Positions 53,600 through 64,000 of a stretch of 64,000 bases of DNA are shown here, piece after piece. Location: assembly GCF_046119375.1 (NCBI RefSeq), contig NW_027362765.1:146196001-146260000 (forward strand), written 5' to 3'. This DNA comes from Phyllobates terribilis (lineage: Eukaryota). A program made the translations under genes and the position numbers. Numbering within the stretch: the first letter of the stretch is position 1; every line of letters begins with the position of its first letter. The notes beneath the pieces were generated by a model, which worked only from the letters and a program-made list of their open reading frames with translations, made no database searches and was not told where the DNA came from.

Positions 53600-54630
53600 G
53601 GTAACAGGAAAAAATGGACCCCAAAATTTGTTGTGCAATTTCCCCTGAGCACACAAATACCCCATACGTGGGGAAGAAACACTGTTTGAGCGCACGGCAG
53701 AGCTCGGAAGAGAAGGAGCGCCATTTGACTTTTTGAATGTAAAATTTGCTTGAATAATTAGCGGACACCATGTTGCGTTTGGAGAGCTCCTGATGTGCCT
53801 AAACAGTGAAATCCCCCACAAGTGACACCATTTTGGAAACTAGACCCCTCAAGGAACTTATCTAGATGTGTGGTGAGCACCTTGAACCCCCAGGTGCTTC
53901 ACAGAAGTTTAGAACATTGCGCCGTAAAAATAAAATTTTCACATTTATCCCACAAAAATGTTTTTCAGCCTCCAATTTTGCATTTTCATGAGGGTAACAG
54001 GAGAAATTGCACCATGCAGTTTGTTGTGCAATTTCTCCTGAGCGCGCCTATACCCCATATGTGGGGGAAAACCACTGTTTGGGCGCACGGCAGAGCTCGG
54101 AAGAGAAGGAGCGCCATTTGACTTTTGAATGTAAAATTTGCTTGAATAATTAGCGGACGCCATGTTGCGTTTGGAGAGCCACTGATGTGCCCAAACAGTG
54201 GAATCCCCCACAAGTGACACCATTTTGGAAACTAGACCCCTCAGGGAACTTATCTAGATGTGTGGTGAGCACCCTGAACCCTCAAGTGCTTTGCAGAAGT
54301 TTATAACATGGAGCCGTGAAAGTAAAAAAATCAAACTTTAAATAATGTTTTAGCCCCAATTTTTTTATTTTCACAAGGGTAAGAGGAGAAAATGGACCCC
54401 AAAAACTGTTGTGCAATTTCTCCTGAGTACGCCAATACCCCATATGTGGGGAAAATACAGTGTTTGGGCGCACGGCAGAGTTCAGAAGGGAAGGAGCATT
54501 GTGTGACTTTTTGAGCGCAAAATTGGCTGGAATTGAGAGCGGACGCCATGTTGCATCTGGAGAGCCCCTGATGTGCCTAAACAGTGGAAACCCCCCCACA
54601 CAAGTGACCCCATTTTGTAAACTACACCCC
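53600..54630. repeat. Three tandem ~390-bp units inside the piggyBac-like element
   Basis: Anchor TTGTGCAATTT at 53631, 54024 and 54409; CGCACGGCAGAG at 53691, 54084 and 54469 (periods 393 and 385). Confidence 0.85.
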
Positions 54631-54727
54631 TCAAGGATTTTATCAAGGGGTATAGTGAACATTTTGAATCCAGAGGTACGACACAGAATTTGATAACATT
54701 AGGTCATCATATTGAATAAGTTGTCAT

Positions 54728-55026
54728 TAGTCTTGAGCGCAAGTGCTTGCTACTTGAGTTTGCATCAGGTACTCGGGTGTGCACCATGTATCGCGCGTGC
54801 TTGAGGGACATGCTCGAGTCCCCGCTCGCATGTTTCATGGTTATTAGACACCCAAAAAAAACATGCGGGGATCGCTCGTGTATGGCAGGCAATCCCCGCG
54901 AGTATTTTTTGGCCACGAAGCATATGGGGCAGAGACTCGAGCATGTCACTTGAGCACCCGCAATAGCCAGTGCATTCCTGAGCACCCGATGCAAACTCAA
55001 GTAGCGAGCACTTGTGCTCAACACTA
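54728..55026. mobile_element. hAT MITE (TAGTGTTGAGCG-like) nested in the piggyBac-like element
   Basis: Paired ends; TSD GTTGTCAT / GTCGTCAT. Confidence 0.8.
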
Positions 55027-56643
55027 GTCGTCATGTCGTCTTTTTTTTTTTACTTTTGAAAAATATCCCAACCCCATCACAATCCTAACCCTAACACTAC
55101 CCTAACCCTAGAGTTTATATTTTACGCCGTTCCTCGTGCGGTATAAGTGATTAGATGACTTTATTCTTCGGGTCGGTTCGATTACAGCGATACTAGAATC
55201 ATATCGGGTTTTTATGATTGACAGCTGTCACACACTAAAAGACGCATTTTTTTTGCAAAATCTAGTTTTTGCATCGCCATATTTTGAGAGCTATAATTTT
55301 TCCATATTTTGGCCGACAGAGTCATGTGACGACTTGTTTTTTGCGGGATGAGTTGACGTTTTTATTGGTGCCATTTTCAGGCACGTGACATTTTTTGATC
55401 GCTTTCTATTCCGATTTTTGGGAGGAAGAATAAACAAAAAGCAGCAATTCTAGAATTTTTTTTTTATGGGCTTTTTTTTTATGCTGTTCCGTGTGTGGTA
55501 AAATTGATAAGGCAGCGTTTTTCTTTGGGTCAGTACGTTTACAGCGGTACCACATTTATATTGTTTTTCTATGTTTTGGCGCTTTTACACAAAAAGCTAT
55601 TTTATAGAAAAAAATATTTTTTGCATCGCTTTATACTGAGAGCTATAACTTTTTTATTTTTCGGCTGATGGAGCTGTATGGCGGCTTGTTTTTTGCGAGG
55701 CAAGATGACGTTTTCAGCGGTACCATTTTTATTTATGTTCGTCTTTTTGATCGCGTGTTATTTCATTTTTTGTTTGCCGGTATGATGATGAAGCATTGAG
55801 TTTTTTGCTTCGTTTTTTATTTTATTGTTTTTACTGTGTTCACTGAAGGGGCTAACTAGTGGGACAGTTTTATAGGTCAGGTCGTTCTGGACGCGGCGAT
55901 ACCAAATATGTCTACTGTTATTGTTTTTTTTTCATAATATTTATTGATGGGTACATTATATTTTTATTTTTTTTATTTTATTTTTTTCTTTCATTTTTTA
56001 ACACTTTTTGGACTTTTATTCTGTGTCCCACTCTGGGACTTTCACTTTTTTTATTCTGATCGCCTGTATAGCACAGGAATGTAGCACCATTCCTGTGCTA
56101 TACAGGCTGTCAGTGCTGTACCGGGAGAAGATTCTTTGGTCATGCACTGCGCATGACCAAAGAATCTTCCTGCTGTCTGGTGACTCGGATGTTGTCATGA
56201 CGACATCGGGTCATCATGGCAACATCCAGGAAGCCGCGGCAGACAGCGCTAGAGGCCGGAAGAGGAGGTGAGTATTGCGATCACCTCCCCTTGCCACCGC
56301 AATCGACTTCGATCGCAGCACTGAGGGGGTTAATATGCCGGAACCGCTCCCTGCACATAGTACCGGGTGTCAGCTGTGACTATCAGCTGACACCCGGCGG
56401 CAATCGCCCCGCACCACTTGTGTGCGGCGCGATTGCCATATGACCTAATAGTACGTCATTGGTCCAATCGGCCCAGGTCACCAAGACGTACTATTAGGTC
56501 ATACGTCAGAAAGGGGTTAAAATATATTATTGTAACCAGGAACACAGTGAGGAAATTATTTAGGCTCTCATGTTGCTTATAAATATACACGCCCATATGG
56601 GTCAACACTGTCTTTGACCAAGGTAACAAATTGTATTATTTGA

Positions 56644-56993
56644 AGGGGTTGTCCGGGACTTTTACATTGATGGACTAGCCTTAGGAAAGGTCATCAAATA
56701 TCTAATCAGTGGAGGTGCGACACCCAGCACCCCGCAGATCAGCTGTTCTTGTGTGGCGTCTGGATATGTTCAGTTGTAGAACTGCACAGTTTCATCAACC
56801 ATATAGTTGCCATGGTTGGGTGCTGCACATTCGCTTCTTATTTGAATCAATAGGGGGTGGATGTGCAGTACATGGCCACGACCACTATTCCGTTGAAAGA
56901 GCTGTGCTGTGTAGCTTCGCACCTCCACCGATCAGGTATTTGATGACCTTTGCTAAGGATAGTCCATCAATGTAGGAGTCCCAGACAACCCCT
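56644..56993. mobile_element. T2-type MITE
   Basis: AGGGGTTGTCCGGGACT...AGTCCCAGACAACCCCT-TTAA; the left TSD has decayed to TTGA. Confidence 0.75.
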
Positions 56994-57229
56994 TTAAGGA
57001 ATGGAATTTCAAGACCTAGGAAAGAACATCGTACTGACCTTGCAGGAATTAACTGCTAAATATGAAATGCCTACAAATCAATATCTACAACATATTCACT
57101 GTATAAATTATTTCAAATATCTAGTGAGATTAATCTACCTTTCTCCTCCTCCACTTCTCCCCTCTACAAATCCCTTCATTGACTTCCAATCCCCCAACGA
57201 ATCCAGTTCAAACTACTACACTGATTTAC

Positions 57230-57960
57230 AACAAGGTTCTTCATAATCTGTCTCTTCCATACATCTCTGAACTAATCTCTTGATATCTTTCCACACTTAC
57301 TCTCCAGTCCTCCCAAAACTTCCTTCTGTCCTACACATTTGTATGTTCCTCACTGAATCACCTCCAAGATTTCTCCCGAGTTTTCTCCATCATCTGGAAT
57401 TCCATGCACCAACACGTCCGATCATTCACCACATTCGGAATTTTCCCATTAATCCGCTAGACCACACGTGTCAAACTCTGGCCCGTGGGCCAAAATCTGG
57501 CCCGCCGGGTGGTTATATTTGGCACGCGACACCAGAACCACCACCCCTATGTGGGGCCATTATTCTGTATGGAGGACTTTGTGGGGCCCATTGTACTGTA
57601 TGGAGGACTATGTGGGGCCCATTATACTGTATGGAAAGCTTTGTGGGGCCATTATACTGTTTGGAGGACTATGTGGGGCCCATTATTTTGTATGGAGGAC
57701 TATGTGGGCTCATTATTCTGTATACTGGTTGGCCCGCGGCTTTGTCCAAGTTTTTCATTTTGGCCCTCTGTGTGTTTTGAGTTTGACATCCCTGCTCTAG
57801 ACTGTAAGTCCGGAAGGGCAGAGCCCTCTCCCCCTCTGTTCCAGTGTGTCGGTTTTAGTTTGTTCTTTGTAAATCATATCTGTATTTTGTATGTAACCCC
57901 TTTTCACATGTACAGCACCATGGAATAAATGGTGCTTTAAAAAAAACTAATAATAATAGT
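57230..57960 (+). mobile_element. L2 LINE 3' fragment
   Basis: Pyrimidine-rich ORF2 C-terminal remnant, CTCTAGACTGTAAG 3' UTR and an (AAT)n tail; split by a hAT MITE. Confidence 0.7.
57463..57794. mobile_element. hAT MITE carrying a ~31-bp minisatellite, inserted in an L2 tail
   Basis: Same family as 40691; TSD CGCTAGAC / CTCTAGAC; about six TGTGGGGCCCATTATACTGTATGGAGGACTA units. Confidence 0.8.
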
Positions 57961-58022
57961 GAGGGATATTGGTAAAGTGGAAAAACTGGGGTTGTTCGAT
58001 GGACTGATATATATATGATATA

Positions 58023-59628
58023 CACTACCGTTCAAAAGTTTGGGGTCATTTAGAAATTTCATTAGTTTTGAAAGAAAAGCACATTTTTTTCAATGAAGCT
58101 AACATTAAATGAATCAGAAATACACTCTATACGTTGTTAATGTGGTAAATGACTATTCTAGCTGCAAGCGTCTTGTTTTTATTGCAATATCTACATAGGT
58201 GTATAGAGGCCCATTTCCAACAACCACCACTCCAGTGTTTTGATGGTACATTGTGTTTGCTAACTGTGTAAGAAGGCTAATGGATGTTTAGAAAACCGTT
58301 GCACAAGTATGTTAGCCCAGCTGAAAACGGTTTGGCTGATTTGAGAAGCTATAAAATTGACCTTCCTTTGAGCTAGTTGAGAATCTGGAGCATTACATTT
58401 GTTTGTTCTATGAAACTCTCAAAATGGCCAGAAAAAGAGAACTTTCATGTGAAACTCGACAGTCTATTCTTGTTCTTAGAAATGAAGACTATTCCATGCA
58501 AGAAGTTGCCAAGAAACTGAAGATTTCCTACAACGGTGTGTACTACTCCCTTCAGAGGAGAGCACAAACAGGCTCTAACCAGAGTAGAAAGAGAAGTGAG
58601 AGGCCCCGCTGCACAACTGAGCAACAAGACAAGTACATTAGAGTCTCTAGTTTGAGAAATCGACGCCTCACAGCTCCTCAACTGGCAGCTTCATTAAATA
58701 GTACACGCAAAACGCCAGTGTCAACGTCTACAGTGAAGAGGCGACTCCGGGATGCTGCCCTTCAGGGCAAAGTAGCAAAGAGAAAGCCATATCTGAAACT
58801 GGCTAATAAAAGGAAAAGATTAATATCGGCAAAAAACACAGACATTGGACAGAGGAAGATTGGAAAAAAGTTTTATGGAAAGACGAATCAAACTTTGAGG
58901 TGTTTGGATCACACAGAAGAACATTTGTGAGACGCAGAACAACTGAAAAGATGCTGGAAGCATGCCTGATGCCATCTGTCAAGCATGGTGGAGGTAATGT
59001 GATGGTCTGGGGTTGCTTTGGTGCTGGTAAAGAGGGAGATTTGTAGAAGGTAAATGGGATTTTGAATAAGGAAGGCTATCACTCCATTTTGCAACGCCAT
59101 GCTATACCCTGTGGACAGCACTTGATTGGAGCCAATTTCATCCTACAACAGGACAATGACCCAAAGCACACCTCCAAATTATGCATGAACTATTTAGGGA
59201 AGAAGCAGGCAGCTGGTATTCTATCTGTAATGGAGTGGCCAGTGCAGTCACCAGATCTCAACTCCATTGAGCTGTTGTGGGAGCAGCTTGATCGTATGGT
59301 ATGCAAAAAGTGCCCATTAAGCCATTCCAACTTGTGGGAGGGGCTTCAGGAAGCATGGGGTGAAATTTCTCAAGATTACCTCAGCAAATTAACAGCTAGA
59401 ATGCCAAAATTCTGCAATGATGTAATTGCTGCAAAGGGAGCATTCTTTAATGAAAGCAAAGTTTGAAGGAGAAAATTATTCTTTCAAATAAAAATCATTA
59501 TTTATAACCTTGTCAATGTCTGGACTATATTTTCTATTCATTTTGCAACTCATTTGATAATTAAAAGTATGAGTTTTCATGGAAAACACAAAATTGTCTG
59601 GGTGACCCCAAACTTTTGAACGGTAGTG
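58023..59628 (+). mobile_element. Second DD38E Tc1-superfamily element, full length but inactivated
   Basis: TA-flanked with perfect 26-bp TIRs CACTACCGTTCAAAAGTTTGGGGTCA. Transposase 58424-59466 (MARKRELSCETRQ...; QQDNDPKH-38-E) has a frameshift near 58830 and an in-frame TAG near 59043. Confidence 0.92.
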
Positions 59629-59635
59629 TATATAT

Positions 59636-60143
59636 TGTGGGGGATTTAGTCTCTGGCAGCGGTTTAAGATCACACACAGGCACAAAATATCTTGAATCAC
59701 ACAGGAAAGTTTATTAAAGTTCATAACACTTCTGGCATAAAGGAAAAAATACACAGCTTTTTCCTGGCATACAAAAACAAGCAAGGGAAGACCAAAAACA
59801 GTCCATTTGATAGAACAGGATCATCTGTTGATAGTAATGTCCACTCATTGTCAGTCTTAGGCAGAGACTGAACAGCAAACACAAGTCTTCCCACCTTCCA
59901 CACACAGACACCACTGAGCTGCCTTAAATAGGCCATTCAAATCCCAGAGTGGAGATATGGGAACGGCCAGTCCCACCCAGCTCTTCTGGACACTCCTAAA
60001 ACCCATGTCTAGGGGCTGGATATTATACACCGGGGGCAATAGGACTGAATGAAAAACCCAAATTCAATGACTAAGATGTGTGTCCTAATGCTATTGCCCA
60101 TATAATGTATACAGGTGTGGGAAGACCGTACCCAATTCTTACA
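59636..60143 (-). mobile_element. Probable solo LTR (about 510 bp)
   Basis: TG...CA ends, with minus-strand TATTTAA near 59925 followed by AATAAA near 59712. No clean TSD. Confidence 0.45.
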
Positions 60144-61597
60144 TTTTCATAAGCCTTATCCTTTGTTCCCCTTGGAAACAAGTGATGAATCTTCCTTTCT
60201 CCACTGAAATAAATATACATGCTCTGTGAATTGATTGTGCTTTTTTGGGGGAAAAATCAAAGTATAGCTGTCATTTAGAGAAGGATTATAATAAATAGTT
60301 GTCCATGTAGCTTCTCAAAAATAAGCAGAGGCAAGCCATTATGGGACGAAGTGGCACAGCAGTTTCCTAGCATTGCTGAAACTTTCTAACGGTTAGTTGG
60401 CGTCGTAGGACCCCCAACAATCATACACTAATTAGGTAACCTGTCTATTCTGTAGCATTTCCTATATGCCACTAATGTGCATGACTAATGAGACAGCACC
60501 GAGTACACCATCTCACCTAATTATTGCAACTTGCTATTGACCTGCAGTAAAGTTTTATCAATTGGGGGCTCCTTTCTACACTCTTACCTGCACAACACAT
60601 TCAACCCTGTCTCATGTCTTAGGAAATTGCTACATACTAAACCCTAGTTAAAATAAGAGTAGCATATCACCCTTATTTCCTCAGACATCTGCTGTTGGTA
60701 GGGGCCAAGAAATGGTTGGCTGATCTATGTTTAGACTACTTTTGCTATCACTGAATAGAAAATCTGCACATATGTACGATGATACCATTCCTACTTTTAA
60801 TATTTGAGCACAGCAAATGTACCATTCATGATGAAAATCAATGCCCATAGGAATGTGTTTGTATCTTTGAATGTAGAGTTGCACATGATTACCCTTTGTT
60901 GAACACTAGGGGGAGCATTCCCCTATCACAATAAAAGGATGCAGCAATACTGCAGTATAAATGCCAGTGCCTCATTCGCCCTCTCAAATTACATTCTTAA
61001 TTATTGATTCATTGATATGGATTGATTTGTATACCCCTATTAACTGTAAGAAAGGCCCAAAACAGAAAAATAAATAATTCTGCGACTTTCAAAATGTAAG
61101 TAAGTCAATGTCTTTTGAGACTGCAGCTGAGCAATAAACCGTGTATTTAGGACAGGTAACACAATGTGGGGTCTGACTCTTGAAAGACTAACTTGTGGCA
61201 CAATCAACAAATAGCAGGAAATTTCTTTTATAACAATGACCTAACATATTATCACTAGAAGCGTTACTCTAAAGCTGAATTGATACTGAAAATGTTTGTT
61301 TCATGTTAATCTTTCAGTGTAAACAGGCTCACGATAACGCGATAAACAAGCACATATGTTCATCAGGTGAAATGATCGTTTGTGCTGCGCAAAAACTCAT
61401 CTGTATTGGTAATGCATAGTGCAAGTTCTGTTCTTGACGATCGATAAGTATGGCAGCCTATGCGCACTGATCTATTACAGATCGCTCAGTGAGCATTGTT
61501 TCCTATGGTCTGCCAGTGTAAACAGGCTATTAAACAATTGCTGATTGGTAAAGGTTTGTCTGTGTAAATGGACCTGTAGCTGATAATCCACGTGGTC

Positions 61598-62744
61598 ACA
61601 TAGTCCTTCCCTTAGCCTGGAGGTGTGTTTTGGGTCATTGTCCTGTTGAAAACACAAATGATAATCCTACAGACTGCAAATCAGATAGGATGACATGTGA
61701 ATGCAGAATGCTGTGGTAGCTATGCTGGGTAAGTGTGCCTTGAATTTAAAAGAAATCACCCACAGTGTCACCATCGGAGCACCCCCAACATCACACCTCC
61801 CCCTTCACCACACATGTAAAATCAGTGGGCACCACACATGTAAAAACCATCAGCTTACCTATTCTGCATCTCACAAAGTCATGGCGGCTGGTATAAAAAA
61901 ATCTCACATTCAGACTCAAAAGTCCACAGTTTCAAATTTCCAATGATTTATTGTCCAGTTCTTGTGTTGCTCAACCCAAACAAGCCTCTTCTTCTTGTCT
62001 GCAGTCCATATTAGTGGCTTCTTTGCAGAAATGCGACCATAAAGGCCTGCTTCTCACAGTTTCCTTTGGACAGATAATGTGGTGATGTATCTGCTATTTG
62101 ATGTCTGTGCATCATTTATGAAGATTATCTACGGTGGTGTCAAATTTTTTCTGAGGCTGGTAACTCTGATGAACTTATCCTCTGCAGCTGAAATAATTCA
62201 AGGCCTTCCTTTTCTGGGATGGTCCACATGAGAGACAATTTCTTCATAGCAATTGATGGTTTTTCTGACAACGATACCTTGAAGGTCAGTCAATTCAGAA
62301 AAATGCTAGAAACTTGATGTTGTAAAGTAATAATGGACTGTAATTTCTCATTAATAAGTTGAGTTGTTTGTGCCATATTACTCTACACCTGTATAATATA
62401 CCTGATAGTCGCAAAAGCATTCTGAACGCTTGTGATTCCACAAATGAAACTCTTGACGAGGCATACCTGTTAGTGAAGCTATTCCAGGTGATGACCTGAT
62501 GAATATTCTTGAGAGAATACCAAGGGGGTTTAATGCTGTCATAAAAACAAAAGGGAAGTACTTTGAGGAATCTAAGGCTTAACACAAATTCTGGTTCGTT
62601 TCACATGTGTTTCTTTTCTCCTTGTTGCTATATGTTTATTTTCATGACTTGGCTGCCTTCAGTCTAAATCTATAATGTGCACATTTTTATAAGAACAAGA
62701 AAAACCATTGCATGAACAAGGGTGTACAAACTTGACGAGTACTG
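61598..62744 (-). mobile_element. Old, truncated relative of the 51576-53206 element
   Basis: Nucleotide similarity ([51 protein letters not shown] remnant) and a degenerate terminal TIR ending ...GTACTG. Many stops. Confidence 0.75.
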
Positions 62745-63227
62745 TGTGTTTTTTTTTTTTCCCCTTTCTTCTTAGCTTTCGCCTGTGAAGTTTCAAAATA
62801 TAGTGGAAAACCTGCTCTTTCACTAGTAGCATACATTACTACCTATGGGAGTGCCCAAGTTTCCTTTTATTCCTACAATTTTTTCAAAATGGGGAAGTGT
62901 GGCAAAACTCCTCCAAATCATGTGAAAGCAATGTGCACTTGTTAGCTGTATACTCATGTGGTGTTTAGCCACCTGAGTCGGGCATGAAAGGCCTTTGATG
63001 AGATCAGAGGTTTGTGTCTAGTTAACACAGTGATTTGCAGTAGCACAGAGGGAGCTGTGTGCCAGTGAAAAAGGAAGCAAAGCCCGGAACTGGAGCCAGA
63101 ACAGGTGAGTCACATAGAGACACATGCGCTATGTTGGACTCACAAGAGAAAGTGAACTAGAGCAGAAGCTATCATGAGAAAGCCTGGAATATGGTCTAGT
63201 GACTCTCAGCTGCTGATTAATGCTCTC

Positions 63228-64000
63228 TTTTTTTCTGTCACCCATGACGGCACAACGAGAGAAGGGATCCGCCCTTCAAGGACAGGAAACCTTCAAGATA
63301 AAAAGAGCGGCGCCTCTCTCGGCCTCAGTGGTTTCCTGTCCTTGATGGGGGACCTTCCTTCTCGTCGTCGGCGACAGCAGCATGTTCAAGCTTGCCGGGG
63401 CCGGTCGGTGGTGGCCGGGCACAGTCTCTGCTGCGACCGGTCCCGTGGTTCCTGGAAGCGCCGCGGGGGGCGCCGACATGTGGTCTCCCCGCATGCGGGC
63501 GGGGGTTTGCGGCACCTACACAGCATGGTAGCCAGCAAACCCCGCGTCCCGGATGTGACATCACGGGGCGCGACCGGAAGTGACGAAACCGGAAGTCGCG
63601 CCCCGATGACGTGCGTTGGGACCTCTGACCCCCAGATGTAATTTTCGGGGGGGTACCAGAAGCTGCGGGGACGCCGGCCGGTGATCTCCCTGGCACAATA
63701 AGGGTACTTAAGGGTAAATCACCGGCCAGGCAGGGGCGCAGTGCACCGTAATGGCCTCACAGCAGCCCTCCCCACCGCATCAGCAGCAAGAGCAGCAGTC
63801 CATGCTGCAGCTGCAGCAGCCTGTGGAGATGGAGCAGCCGCGGCGCCAGAAGTGCACCCAGGAGCAGCGTCCACTGCAGAGCAGGAGCAGTGGGCTTTCT
63901 GGGACTCGCAGCACCAGGGATTCAAGATCCAGCCAGCATAGCTCCTGCAGGATCGATGATTCCGCGGTCTCCCGTGGAGAAGTATCGGATACCGTCCTGC
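63228..64000 (+). mobile_element. 5' end of a probable DIRS1-type tyrosine-recombinase retrotransposon
   Basis: Starts with a T-run then CTGTCACCCATGACGGCAC. Perfect 16-bp hairpin TCAAGGACAGGAAACC (63276-63291) / GGTTTCCTGTCCTTGA (63330-63345) around an ATAAAA motif. GC-rich leader and an ORF from 63751 open to the window end. Family call is by resemblance to anuran DIRS termini; RT and YR are not in the window. Confidence 0.65.
63751..64000 (+). CDS. Partial ORF (putative DIRS gag/ORF1 N-terminus), runs off the window
   Basis: MASQQPSPPHQQQEQQSMLQLQQPVEMEQPRRQKCTQEQRPLQSRSSGLSGTRSTRDSRSSQHSSCRIDDSAVSRGEVSDTVL... has no stop before 64000, so it is absent from the ORF track. Confidence 0.45.
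   Translation, partial: MASQQPSPPHQQQEQQSMLQLQQPVEMEQPRRQKCTQEQRPLQSRSSGLSGTRSTRDSRSSQHSSCRIDDSAVSRGEVSDTVL

Larger units (their letters stand above)
51490..56516. mobile_element. Large TTAA-flanked non-autonomous (piggyBac-like) element hosting nested insertions
   Basis: TTAA-CTCCTTT...AAGGGG-TTAA termini. Contains the DD38E element at a TA, a hAT MITE and internal tandem units. No ORF. Confidence 0.75.

Noticed and set aside
57280-57928. 166-aa and 147-aa plus-strand ORFs
   Set aside because: Chance read-through of a decayed L2 plus a minisatellite-bearing MITE.

Overview
Eukaryotic window, almost certainly an anuran (frog) genome; this is inferred from the GH sequence and the repeat families. 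It holds three intact spliced protein-coding genes, reconstructed exon by exon with GT-AG boundaries and continuous frames. They are growth hormone (GH, + strand, 5 exons, 213 aa), RDM1 (- strand, 7 exons, 283 aa, convergent with GH) and a class I ARF with ARF2-type residues (- strand, 4 coding exons, 181 aa). ARF2 also has a probable non-coding exon 1 in a CpG-rich promoter at about 44.55-44.75 kb. The rest is mostly transposon-derived: five Tc1/mariner-superfamily elements (DD34E and DD38E), TTAA-flanked T2/Kolobok-type and piggyBac-like non-autonomous elements, hAT and Harbinger MITEs, L2 fragments, a V-SINE, two solo LTRs, a ~90-bp satellite and the 5' end of a probable DIRS element. Nearly all short ORFs in the supplied track are spurious or repeat-derived. 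I found no convincing new protein-coding system. The most unusual signals are structural: (1) a 1.2-kb head-to-head fold-back Tc1 beside an RDM1 splice acceptor, resembling maize Mu killer; (2) two independent palindromic MITEs whose flanking DNA is inverted-duplicated; (3) a 37-bp micro-inversion that flips a DD38E transposase start codon yet leaves a 380-aa ORF with a new hydrophobic N-terminus; (4) an orphan TATA/CCAAT promoter divergent from ARF2.
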